Part shown: piece by piece, positions 1 through 8,050 of the stretch
Layout of the letters: every line of letters begins with the position of its first letter
How positions within the stretch are numbered: position 1 is the stretch's first letter
Assembly: GCA_049318585.1 (NCBI GenBank)
Contig: JBMOGB010000001.1
Location: 62,851 to 126,850 of the forward strand
From: Bacteroidia bacterium
GTDB lineage: Bacteria; Bacteroidota; Bacteroidia; UKL13-3
DNA length: 64,000 nt
Reading direction: 5' to 3'
Position numbers and translations under genes: made by a program
Notes under the pieces: generated by a model
Databases searched by the model: none
The model's input: the letters and a program-made list of their open reading frames with translations, nothing else
Told to the model about the DNA's origin: nothing

Positions 1-2912
1 TTCCAGAAAAAGAATTAAAAATAGCATATAAACAATGGATCGGTAAACCTTTATGCAAAGACCATCAATCAAGCAGCGTTGATGGAGTTAGAGGCTTTAT
101 CGTTGATACATATTGGGATGATAAACATAAAAGAATTATAGCTTTATGCGCATTGGATAAAGTATCATACCCAGATTTAGCTAGAAAGGTATCTACAGGC
201 TATTTGAATGATGTTAGTATGGGCGTAGCTGTCGGTGCATCAGTATGTTTTGAATGCGGCAATGTAGCGCATACAGAACATGAATATTGTAATCACGTTA
301 AATCAAGAGGAGCTTACGGCGAAATAAATACCGCATTAAGCCCAATTGAATTAAGCTTGGTTGTAAATGGAGCTGATAAAAAAGCAAAAATTCTTGAAGT
401 TTTAGCTTCAGCAAAACAAATCGAATCAGAATTAATAAAGTCTGGTTCCATTGATATAAATAAGATTAAGAGCATAAAACAAGATTTTACAAAATTATCA
501 AACAAGATCGATGAAATAGAAAAAGAAATTTTATCAAATCAAAATGACAATAATTCGACATTAAAGGTAGCAGCAAGTCTGTCTAATTATAGTCATGCAA
601 ACGATATAGATTTGATAAGAAATAAAATGGATAATATCGAAAGTATGATTCAATCAATAGCCACAAAGTTAAACATGGAGGATTTAATGTCAATATCAAA
701 GAAAGCCTATTACCAAGGTACAGAAGAACCCACACCAGGAAAAGCCCAATATCCAAAAGAAGAAGCAGATAAAATTAGAATGCAAGATTCTCATATGAGA
801 AATTCGCTTACGGATCTTGGTCCAGTAGATGGGTTGCCAAAGAAAGACCTAGAAACAAAAAAGATGTTAGCTAGAGCGGCAATAGAGGAACGAAGATACT
901 TACGCGCAGCCGCAGTAGAAAGAGCACAAAATGCAATTAAAAAAGCATATAACGTCGGTGGAGATAGCGGAGAGGAGCTTCCAAAAGGCGGCTACCCAAA
1001 AGATCCAGGTGCTAAAGTAAGAGATACTGAATTTAAATTTAACAACAGCATTGGTAATACAGGTCTAATGTCAAATGATGAAAAAGTAAAAGCACAGTTA
1101 GCTCGCGCTGCTTTAAAAGCAAGATTAGTAAAAGCAGCTTCAGTTGGTGATAATAGATGGGAAATAGTAAATAAAGCTAATAATTCAGTTTTACTATCAG
1201 CCTCATTTAACGAATTAACTGGTAGAAAACCAGCTCTTTTTGCATCAATTGCCTCTGATTCATTTGCAAGAGAAATGATGAAAAATGTAAGAGCTATGGG
1301 TATTCGTGGTGCATCAAAATTCTACAAATCAGCACAAGCAGCCCCTCCGCCTCCTCCTCCAGCAGATGCTGGTGGCGATCCAGGTGATGCAATGCCACCA
1401 GATGATGCTGCAATGCCAGCAGACGCAGGAGCAGCTGGCGGTGGAGCAGCTGGCGGTGGAACAGCTGGCGGTAAAGTTGAAGTAGATGGCGCAGCTATTA
1501 AAGAAGTGGCAAAAACACTAAAAGAAGTTTCTACAAAAATTTCAGATATGGCTGGTGGAACAGAAGCCCTAAAAGAAGAGGGCGGAGAACTACCTGGCGC
1601 TGGTGCAGTAATGGAGAATCCAGAAGCAGCGACAGAACAAGCACTATCAGATTTAACTGGTGGAGGCGGCGGTGCTGCTGGCGGCGTTCCAGCTACAGCT
1701 TCTCTAAACACACTTAGAATTGTACTAAATGCTGGTTTGAATAAGTCATTCGGAAAAAATATTAAAGCTCTAAGAGCAGCAAAAGAAGAACTATCTTTGC
1801 TCGTATCAAGCGCAAGAAATAATTCGATTAGCCCAGAGTTTTGGTCTCAATTATCAAGAGAAGCAGTTGTCGATGCAAATAAAATTCTAAGAAAATCAAG
1901 AATGCTACAAGCCGCATTTGTTAAATATGCAAAAGGGACAATGGCTTTAGAAAAACGAGCACATATGGAATATAGAATGCGCAAAATGGCACAATTAACA
2001 AAAACTCCAGACCAGGTAAAATCTCAATGGGAAACTGGCAAAATGTTAGACCAAGTAGGCGGCACCGACGCAAACGGTGAGTTTATTAGAGCAAATATAG
2101 ACCCTAGAACAAAAGAAAAAACAATAAACGCACGCCCAGCACAACCACCAGCAACACCGCCACCAGCAACACCGCCACCAGCGCCAACAACACCAACAAC
2201 TGCTTCTGAGCGTCGTTGGCGTCGAGAGAAGCTTGCAGCAGCAGTGGAGTCAAAGATGAAATATTCAGATATGACAGGTAAAGCGCATCCAAAATCTGAT
2301 ACTAAACTAGGCGACATTGCATCAACAAGTGAAGGAGTTGTTGAAGGTATTGATTCTATTCATAGTCAGATGATGGACTCAGTATCAAGCGAGCCAAAGG
2401 TAAAGAAAGCAGCTGCACAATTAAACAAACTAATTGTTGCTGGCAAAGTAAATGCTAGTGATATCCCAGAAATGGTCAAAGAAGGTCTTGATAAAGACGT
2501 TGCAAATTACTGGAGAAAATATTATGGTGATGTAGATGGTGGAAATGAATTCGCATCAGCTTTACTAAAAGATTACTCTAGTGCAAAAACAACAAAGAAA
2601 GCCTCTGAAGATCTAGATAATTACAAAGCAAAATATGCAAAAGCATATGAATTAGCATATGAAATGTCAGAAAGCGGAATGATTAACAGAAATAATTCAG
2701 CAATCAAGGCAGAAGCAGATAAAATCGTTGGCTACGATGACAATGCTTATGGTTCAATGAAGAAAGTTGTTGCCCATCATATGGCGACCATGAAAAAAAC
2801 AGCTTCAGTCCAAGTGGGATTGGCTCTCGATAGTAATAGCACAATAACCCAAACAACTGACGGATCATTATATGACGAGTTAGTTTCAGCATTTTCTGGT
2901 CGCAAGTATTAA
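1..2912 (+). CDS. prohead (head-maturation) serine protease, HK97/S78-like, fused to a long scaffold-like C-terminal region (5' partial)
   Basis: The frame is open from the window edge (PEKELKIAYKQWIGKPL...). CKDHQSSSVDGVRG (His), GYLNDVSMGVAVG (Ser) and IELSLVVNGADKKAKI follow the order of HK97-type prohead proteases. The rest is coiled-coil/low complexity (PPPPPP, GGAAGG, 2x PATPP). TAA stop at 2910-2912. Confidence 0.75.
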   Translation, partial: PEKELKIAYKQWIGKPLCKDHQSSSVDGVRGFIVDTYWDDKHKRIIALCALDKVSYPDLARKVSTGYLNDVSMGVAVGASVCFECGNVAHTEHEYCNHVKSRGAYGEINTALSPIELSLVVNGADKKAKILEVLASAKQIESELIKSGSIDINKIKSIKQDFTKLSNKIDEIEKEILSNQNDNNSTLKVAASLSNYSHANDIDLIRNKMDNIESMIQSIATKLNMEDLMSISKKAYYQGTEEPTPGKAQYPKEEADKIRMQDSHMRNSLTDLGPVDGLPKKDLETKKMLARAAIEERRYLRAAAVERAQNAIKKAYNVGGDSGEELPKGGYPKDPGAKVRDTEFKFNNSIGNTGLMSNDEKVKAQLARAALKARLVKAASVGDNRWEIVNKANNSVLLSASFNELTGRKPALFASIASDSFAREMMKNVRAMGIRGASKFYKSAQAAPPPPPPADAGGDPGDAMPPDDAAMPADAGAAGGGAAGGGTAGGKVEVDGAAIKEVAKTLKEVSTKISDMAGGTEALKEEGGELPGAGAVMENPEAATEQALSDLTGGGGGAAGGVPATASLNTLRIVLNAGLNKSFGKNIKALRAAKEELSLLVSSARNNSISPEFWSQLSREAVVDANKILRKSRMLQAAFVKYAKGTMALEKRAHMEYRMRKMAQLTKTPDQVKSQWETGKMLDQVGGTDANGEFIRANIDPRTKEKTINARPAQPPATPPPATPPPAPTTPTTASERRWRREKLAAAVESKMKYSDMTGKAHPKSDTKLGDIASTSEGVVEGIDSIHSQMMDSVSSEPKVKKAAAQLNKLIVAGKVNASDIPEMVKEGLDKDVANYWRKYYGDVDGGNEFASALLKDYSSAKTTKKASEDLDNYKAKYAKAYELAYEMSESGMINRNNSAIKAEADKIVGYDDNAYGSMKKVVAHHMATMKKTASVQVGLALDSNSTITQTTDGSLYDELVSAFSGRKY

Positions 2913-2919
2913 TAACAAT

Positions 2920-2950
2920 TTGAGGGGAAAGTTTGTAAGCTTCCCCTCAA
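2920..2950 (+). other. perfect 10-bp RNA stem-loop between the protease-scaffold gene and the next gene
   Basis: ttgaggggaa (2920-2929) pairs perfectly with ttcccctcaa (2941-2950), with an 11-nt loop. No T-tract follows, so this is a processing, attenuation or stability element rather than a classic terminator. Confidence 0.5.
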
Positions 2951-2968
2951 TATAAATTTAGAGGTAAA

Positions 2969-3727
2969 ATGACTTTTTCAAATAATAAACAATCAGCTAA
3001 TCTGCTAGCGCAGTCTATGACTGATATAATGAATAGCAATGGACATAGAGCAATGTTCAAAAAAATAGCGGCAGATACGACTTTAGATATAACAACCGTA
3101 AAAAGTAAACTTGGTCAATTGTCAACTTTAGATGATAATCAGTGTTATACTTTTGCTGAAAATGCATGTAAAGATAAATGCCCAGATAAAGCGTTTATGG
3201 TCGGTGATTTAGCGAAGAAAATTCTTGATGGTTCAGCTCCTCTTATGAAAGCAAATGATCCAGCCGTAAATGCAATATTACTCCTTCTAGGAGTTCCAGC
3301 TTCTGGACCAGCTTCTAATCCAGCAGTAAGTATACTTAATCAAATTAGAGATAATGCTGGAATTGGTAGCTCGGTAAAAGCCTTAACTCCAACATTCTCT
3401 AGTCCAGATTTTAGCACTGCAGCTAAAAATAGTGGAATGCTGCCTACAACATCGCCGACAATAAAACCAACAGCAGCCTCATTAGTAAATTCCCTAGTCA
3501 AGATGGCAAATTATCTTGGAAGAAGTGGATATACAATGAGCGAGGCAATCACCGATAACCTAATCAAAAGCATTGTTGTTGAGGCAAAAAAGAAAGAAGA
3601 TAAGAAAAAGAAATTGAATAAGCTTCAAGAAAAAATGATGAGAATGAAGGGCAAGAAAAACAAAACGCATGAATGCGAAGAAGGCGACGAAGAATGTGAA
3701 TTTGGGAAAAAAAAAGGGAGTAGTTAA
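2969..3727 (+). CDS. head-module protein, N-terminal part of a gene split at an A9 run
   Basis: ATG follows the SD-like tagaggtaaa. The C-terminal ~75 aa (SLVKMANYLGRSGYTMSEAITDNLIKSIVVEAKKK..CEEGDEECE) align with the N-terminus of the 4566..5660 product. The ORF stops 12 nt after A9 (3707-3715). Confidence 0.7.
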   Translation: MTFSNNKQSANLLAQSMTDIMNSNGHRAMFKKIAADTTLDITTVKSKLGQLSTLDDNQCYTFAENACKDKCPDKAFMVGDLAKKILDGSAPLMKANDPAVNAILLLLGVPASGPASNPAVSILNQIRDNAGIGSSVKALTPTFSSPDFSTAAKNSGMLPTTSPTIKPTAASLVNSLVKMANYLGRSGYTMSEAITDNLIKSIVVEAKKKEDKKKKLNKLQEKMMRMKGKKNKTHECEEGDEECEFGKKKGSS

Positions 3728-4415
3728 AAAAGCTGGTAATGCTAGAGACATTAAAATTGATAATTCAACATCAACAAATAACCTTGAGTACCTCCTGGGA
3801 TATTATAATCTTTTTACAGATAAAGAGTCTCAACAGAGACGTGAAAGCGTGCAAACTATTCTAGATAACAGGTTGACAGCTGCACAATTTTTTACCCCCG
3901 AAGTTGATGCTATGATGGGCAAAGGATCAGAAGCTGCAAAGGCGGAAATTGCAGCAATCCAAAAAAACCAACAAAGACAACAAAGCAAGAACTACACTAA
4001 TTTAAAAGAGTATAATGCTACTGCTACCAAGGCTAATTCCAGGCTTAATTTAGGCAAATATTTTAATGCAATACAAAAAGGGCAGCAATTAGTGCAGCAA
4101 TATAATAACGGATATATTCTACCAAATATAGGGGATACAACGCCAAGAGATATAGCGAAAGGTAATAAAGCACTTACCGATATGAAAACTGTTCTTGGTA
4201 TTTTATCAGATTTTGCAGAGGATACAGGTATTCTAAGCAATCCAAATGACCCTGAAGTTAGTAAATATGTTGGTCTAATTAACAACTTACATAACAGTAA
4301 TAACAGGCAAGCAAAACTAGATATGGCTTATTCTGGCTTGGCAGATGATCTTGTACAAGCACAAGACTATTTATCTCAAAATTCACCTAATGTAAATTCT
4401 ACGACTAGTCCTTAG
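3669..4415 (+). CDS. head-module protein, C-terminal part of the split gene
   Basis: GVVKKAGNARDIKIDNSTS..LEYLLGYY..EIAAIQKNQQRQQSKNYTNLKEYN is colinear with residues ~80-180 of the 4566..5660 product. Its N-terminus is probably supplied by 2969..3727 rather than by ATG 3669. TAG stop. Confidence 0.7.
   Translation: MNAKKATKNVNLGKKKGVVKKAGNARDIKIDNSTSTNNLEYLLGYYNLFTDKESQQRRESVQTILDNRLTAAQFFTPEVDAMMGKGSEAAKAEIAAIQKNQQRQQSKNYTNLKEYNATATKANSRLNLGKYFNAIQKGQQLVQQYNNGYILPNIGDTTPRDIAKGNKALTDMKTVLGILSDFAEDTGILSNPNDPEVSKYVGLINNLHNSNNRQAKLDMAYSGLADDLVQAQDYLSQNSPNVNSTTSP
3707..3715 (+). promoter_or_regulatory. A9 homopolymer; candidate +1 frameshift or transcriptional slippage site (or homopolymer assembly error)
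   Basis: GGG AAA AAA AAA GGG AGT AGT TAA in frame 0. Shifting +1 (or removing one A) gives GKKKGVVKKAGNARD, colinear with the paralogue's EKKGGGGVVKKAAGARD. Confidence 0.55.
3942..4017 (+). repeat. 76-nt block 100% identical to 5022..5097 (copy A)
   Basis: gcggaaattgcagcaatccaaaaaaaccaacaaagacaacaaagcaagaactacactaatttaaaagagtataatg is identical in both paralogues, while the flanking sequence is strongly diverged. Confidence 0.9.
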
Positions 4416-4565
4416 GGAGGCGGAACTTTAGGATAATAATTCCGCAGTTAAATGCATTTGGTAATAACCAAGCCACAATCCAATAAACATAATCAATTAA
4501 CAATTAAATATTCTTACCTAATAATATAACAATATTATAATTGCAGCATATTTTAAAAGGGCAGC

Positions 4566-5660
4566 ATGGTAAAAAATAACATATCATTTACAGCAACAGA
4601 TGTTTTAATGGTTAATTCTCTTGTAAAAATTGCAAACTTATTAGGTAAAAGTGGTTTTACAATGAGCGAAACAATTGCCGATGATTTAATCAAAAGCATT
4701 GTTGTTGAGGCAAAAAGAAAGGATAAGAAAGTAAAGAAACTTAAAAAGAAGATTAAACAGCTTAAGTGCGAAGTTGGTGATGATGAATGCGAAAAAAAAG
4801 GGGGGGGTGGAGTAGTTAAAAAAGCAGCTGGTGCTAGAGACATTATAATTGATGATTCAACATCACCAGAGAAGCTTGAGTACCTCCTGGGATATTATGA
4901 GCCTTTTACAGATGCAGAGTCTAAGCAGAGATTTGCAAAAATACGAGGTATGGTAGATCAACAGGATGTAAATGCTGATTTTTTTAAGGATTTTACTGCA
5001 GCAGGAAGATCAGATGCAAATGCGGAAATTGCAGCAATCCAAAAAAACCAACAAAGACAACAAAGCAAGAACTACACTAATTTAAAAGAGTATAATGATA
5101 CAATTAGAAGGCAGTTATTATCATATAGCAAAGAAACGCTTAGTCCTGCTGTAACTAACGCTAGCTGGAACATTCCTTCTTTTGGGTTTAAGACGAACAT
5201 CTATGAGCAATTTATAAAGCACCAGAATGACTTAACTGACTCATTAAATCAATTTAAATTCGGCACATATTATAGTGCGGCGGAAAAAGATAATCAACAA
5301 TTTAAAGCCTTATTTACAAAAGTAGAAAGTGAAACCTTAGTATATTTAAAAAGCTTTCTAGATTTTTATTATGGATTATACACTGCTGATAACTTAAAAA
5401 TTATGCCTGATGATGCTGGACTCAAAGAAAATAAATTTAATAATTCTAACCAACCTGTAGATACCAGATTGCAAGAACAACATAAGACCATGCTGTCTAT
5501 GCAAAGAACAGTTGATGAGAGAAAGCGTAGCAAGCTTTATGGTCCAGAAGATATAGCAAGACAACAAGCCGCAGCTGATAAAGCTTATAAGGCATGGGAA
5601 GAGAATAAAAATAGACAAAGTTTACCCTTTAAAAGTTTACCCTTTAACAGTTTAGAGTAA
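4566..5660 (+). CDS. head-module protein, unsplit paralogue of 2969..4415
   Basis: SD-like aaaagggcagc precedes the ATG. A single ORF covers both halves of the split upstream copy. An in-frame A8G8 run lies at 4792-4807. A 15-nt tandem repeat (SLPFK/SLPFN) lies at 5619-5648. Confidence 0.8.
   Translation: MVKNNISFTATDVLMVNSLVKIANLLGKSGFTMSETIADDLIKSIVVEAKRKDKKVKKLKKKIKQLKCEVGDDECEKKGGGGVVKKAAGARDIIIDDSTSPEKLEYLLGYYEPFTDAESKQRFAKIRGMVDQQDVNADFFKDFTAAGRSDANAEIAAIQKNQQRQQSKNYTNLKEYNDTIRRQLLSYSKETLSPAVTNASWNIPSFGFKTNIYEQFIKHQNDLTDSLNQFKFGTYYSAAEKDNQQFKALFTKVESETLVYLKSFLDFYYGLYTADNLKIMPDDAGLKENKFNNSNQPVDTRLQEQHKTMLSMQRTVDERKRSKLYGPEDIARQQAAADKAYKAWEENKNRQSLPFKSLPFNSLE
5022..5097 (+). repeat. 76-nt block 100% identical to 3942..4017 (copy B)
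   Basis: Same 76-nt string as copy A, encoding AEIAAIQKNQQRQQSKNYTNLKEYN. Confidence 0.9.
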
Positions 5661-5713
5661 TAAAACAATAACTATAGATATCAAAACAAACTAATAATCT
5701 TATATAATAGTCA

Positions 5714-6193
5714 ATGAATTCAATTCAATCAAACATGCGGAATATTCTCAATAAGATTGCCGCACCAGAAAATAAAGTTATTGAGAATCCAGATCCAAAA
5801 TTAAACAGATATTATACAGCTCTAGATAAAGGAAGGCAATTAATCCTTGAATATAAAGCATTAAAACAAGCCCCTTATAATGATGCAAAAGCAAAAAATT
5901 TGCAGAATAGATTTAATCAAATTGCAACAATTTTTGATGAGTTTTCAAATAATTACCCATATGATTCAAACAATGTTGAAACTTCTCATTTGCTTAAATT
6001 AATGGAACCAACCAGAGATGATATCGATAATTATATAGCTGCTTTAAAATATGAAATGATTATATTCCAGCAAGGGAATAACCCACGAATCAAAATTTAT
6101 GATCAAGTAGACCCTTGGGCAAAAAATAGACCCGAAGAAGAAGGTTACGATTTTCAATATACCCCAGCTTCTAATAATCCTTGGGAAAGCTAA
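5714..6193 (+). CDS. hypothetical protein with N-terminal ..MRNILNKIAAP leader
   Basis: 159-aa ORF in the dominant strand/frame series. Its N-terminus (SIQSNMRNILNKIA) resembles that of the next gene (SIQSSMRNFIKQA). Confidence 0.6.
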   Translation: MNSIQSNMRNILNKIAAPENKVIENPDPKLNRYYTALDKGRQLILEYKALKQAPYNDAKAKNLQNRFNQIATIFDEFSNNYPYDSNNVETSHLLKLMEPTRDDIDNYIAALKYEMIIFQQGNNPRIKIYDQVDPWAKNRPEEEGYDFQYTPASNNPWES

Positions 6194-6224
6194 TTCCTAA
6201 TTACTAATAAATTATCATCATATT

Positions 6225-6740
6225 ATGATAATTTCAATTCAATCAAGCATGCGCAATTTTATAAAGCAAGCGCAAGAAAATAAAGCAACCGCAAAATATA
6301 ATCATGCAATTAAGCCAACGGTTCAAGATATGACATTGGCAGTTAATGAACTTAACGCGGCAAAATCAGAAATATTACCAGATCAATCAGCAGCCCTTGC
6401 TTGTTTAAATAAAATTATAAGTTATTTGAATTGGTTCAAAAATATTGGAAACACAAACACAAATGCGGCTGGTAAAAAAAGTCTAATTCCAAATGATGAA
6501 GAATTTAAAGCGCTTATTAGAACTGGATTATTTGGAACAAGTTTTATAGAATCATTAGCCGCCATATTAACTATTGGGGATAAAATACCTCAATTTAATA
6601 AAGAATTATCAAAAATTAATAAAAAAGCGGATGGAAACGAAAAAACATTTAGGACAGATGACAAAAGTGATTTTGAAGATTTGCGAGTTAGATTTCATCG
6701 GTATATAAAAGAAATAAATGCAGATTTTAAAAAAAACTAA
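6225..6740 (+). CDS. hypothetical protein, N-terminal paralogue of 5714..6193
   Basis: 171-aa ORF that ends in an A8 run (6729-6736) and overlaps the next ORF by 23 nt. Confidence 0.6.
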   Translation: MIISIQSSMRNFIKQAQENKATAKYNHAIKPTVQDMTLAVNELNAAKSEILPDQSAALACLNKIISYLNWFKNIGNTNTNAAGKKSLIPNDEEFKALIRTGLFGTSFIESLAAILTIGDKIPQFNKELSKINKKADGNEKTFRTDDKSDFEDLRVRFHRYIKEINADFKKN

Positions 6741-7206
6741 ATTAGAAGAACTAAAAGATTTAGATATTAAAGATTCTTATGAGGCTAGTCCCCTTTTAAT
6801 TCATTTTGATAGATATTTTATAAAATTTATAGAAATAAGCAAAAATTTACGATCAAAAACAAATATTAAAACAATAACTCTTATAGATCAAAATAAAGCG
6901 GATAAGTTATTTGCTGATAATTTTCAAATAAATTTACTTATAATTTTAGAAGAAGAAAGAAAACGAATGAAAAATGAAGGTTATTATAGTAGACCTTTAT
7001 TTGATCAAAGAAAATCTTTAGTTAGAAGACTTGTGGATTTAAACGTTTATGTTGATACTAAAACAAAATCAGCAACGAAAAAAGCAATAAACGCTTGCTT
7101 AAAACTGCAAGAAATAGCCAACCAATTACAAATTGATGTCGATGAGGCTATAGAAGAACATCATGCATCATTTACAAACCCATATAGACAAGCGAATAAA
7201 AGGTAA
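6718..7206 (+). CDS. hypothetical protein (source of the duplicated fragment at 8900..8990)
   Basis: 162-aa ORF. Nucleotides 7034-7085 (DLNVYVDTKTKSATKKA) recur almost identically at 8900-8951. Confidence 0.55.
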   Translation: MQILKKTKLEELKDLDIKDSYEASPLLIHFDRYFIKFIEISKNLRSKTNIKTITLIDQNKADKLFADNFQINLLIILEEERKRMKNEGYYSRPLFDQRKSLVRRLVDLNVYVDTKTKSATKKAINACLKLQEIANQLQIDVDEAIEEHHASFTNPYRQANKR

Positions 7207-7223
7207 TTAACAAAAGAGGCAAT

Positions 7224-7250
7224 ATGAATAATATGAATAATATGAATAAT
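7224..7250 (+). repeat. (ATGAATAAT)x3 tandem repeat containing the start codon
   Basis: atgaataat is repeated three times and followed by atgaaaaga. This gives four in-frame ATGs (MNNMNNMNNMKRAINKIA). Confidence 0.9.
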
Positions 7251-7649
7251 ATGAAAAGAGCAATAAATAAAATAGCCGATTATGACCCAACAGATAGTGG
7301 CTATAGTCCATCTAGTAGCCCAGTAGATGATTATTATAAACCAGAACCAAGTAGACGTAAGCCAGTTGAAAGCCCCTGGTCGTATGACCCAGTTACAGAT
7401 TCACCATATACTGGTCGTGGCAGTTCATTTCAAAATGAAGTAGATATTAGTTATAATCCATTTGATAGTGAATCCCCAAGAAAATCAAGAAAAACAACAG
7501 AATATCCAGACCCAATAGCTGATGATGATGAAGAATATGGAATTATAGCCAATGATGATGATGATAATGATGATGATGATTTAGATGCTGCTATTAAGCG
7601 AAAAGTTGACGATCTTGAAGGAGATGAAGAAAATGAATTTTACGGCTGA
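7224..7649 (+). CDS. acidic protein with KRAINKIADYD leader
   Basis: SD-like aaaagaggc lies upstream. Pro/Ser-rich middle. C-terminus DDDEEYGIIANDDDDNDDDDLD. Confidence 0.6.
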   Translation: MNNMNNMNNMKRAINKIADYDPTDSGYSPSSSPVDDYYKPEPSRRKPVESPWSYDPVTDSPYTGRGSSFQNEVDISYNPFDSESPRKSRKTTEYPDPIADDDEEYGIIANDDDDNDDDDLDAAIKRKVDDLEGDEENEFYG

Positions 7650-7676
7650 TAATATCAATTATAATTCATTCATTAT

Positions 7677-8015
7677 ATGAAAAGCTTAAACAAAGCAATA
7701 AGAAAAATTGCATCAATTAAAACAATGACCCCAATTTTGGCATTAGAAATATTGGATTTAAATAAAAAATATACATTGCCTGAATTAAAAGAATCATACA
7801 AAAGATTAATATTTAAGCATCATCCAGATAGAAATCAAGGAAATATAATGGCAGAAGAAAAAGCAACAAATATCAATATGGCTTTTGAATTATTAAAAAA
7901 AATGTTGGAAAAAAAATCAAAGCGTAAAAATGAAAGTGTCATTAAAGACATATATGATGAAGCAAGAATAACAAAAGATTATATAAAAGAAATGTGGGAT
8001 TATTTTCTTGCATGA
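7677..8015 (+). CDS. J-domain (DnaJ-like) protein, J-domain only
   Basis: LALEILDLNKKYTLPELKESYKRLIFKHHPDRNQGN..ATNINMAFELLKK is a full J-domain with an intact HPD motif. There is no G/F or zinc-finger region. N-terminal leader is LNKAIRKIASI. Confidence 0.8.
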   Translation: MKSLNKAIRKIASIKTMTPILALEILDLNKKYTLPELKESYKRLIFKHHPDRNQGNIMAEEKATNINMAFELLKKMLEKKSKRKNESVIKDIYDEARITKDYIKEMWDYFLA

Positions 8016-8050
8016 AATATATAATATTAACGAATTAGACTGAGGAAACA

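Noticed and set aside
1322-1711. Pro/Ala-rich 129-aa minus-strand ORF. Similar cases lie at 2024-2317, 16597-17043, 16863-17075, 17104-17733 and 17901-18086.
   Set aside because: These are reverse-complement shadows of Gly/Ala/Pro-coding low-complexity repeats (GGT runs read as ACC/CCA). They lie wholly inside long sense ORFs.
6729-6736. A8 run at the overlap of ORFs 6225..6740 and 6718..7206, considered as a third slippage or fusion site.
   Set aside because: No unsplit paralogue supports a fusion, and the downstream ORF has its own ATG. A8 runs are frequent in this DNA. I could not rule it out but did not call it.
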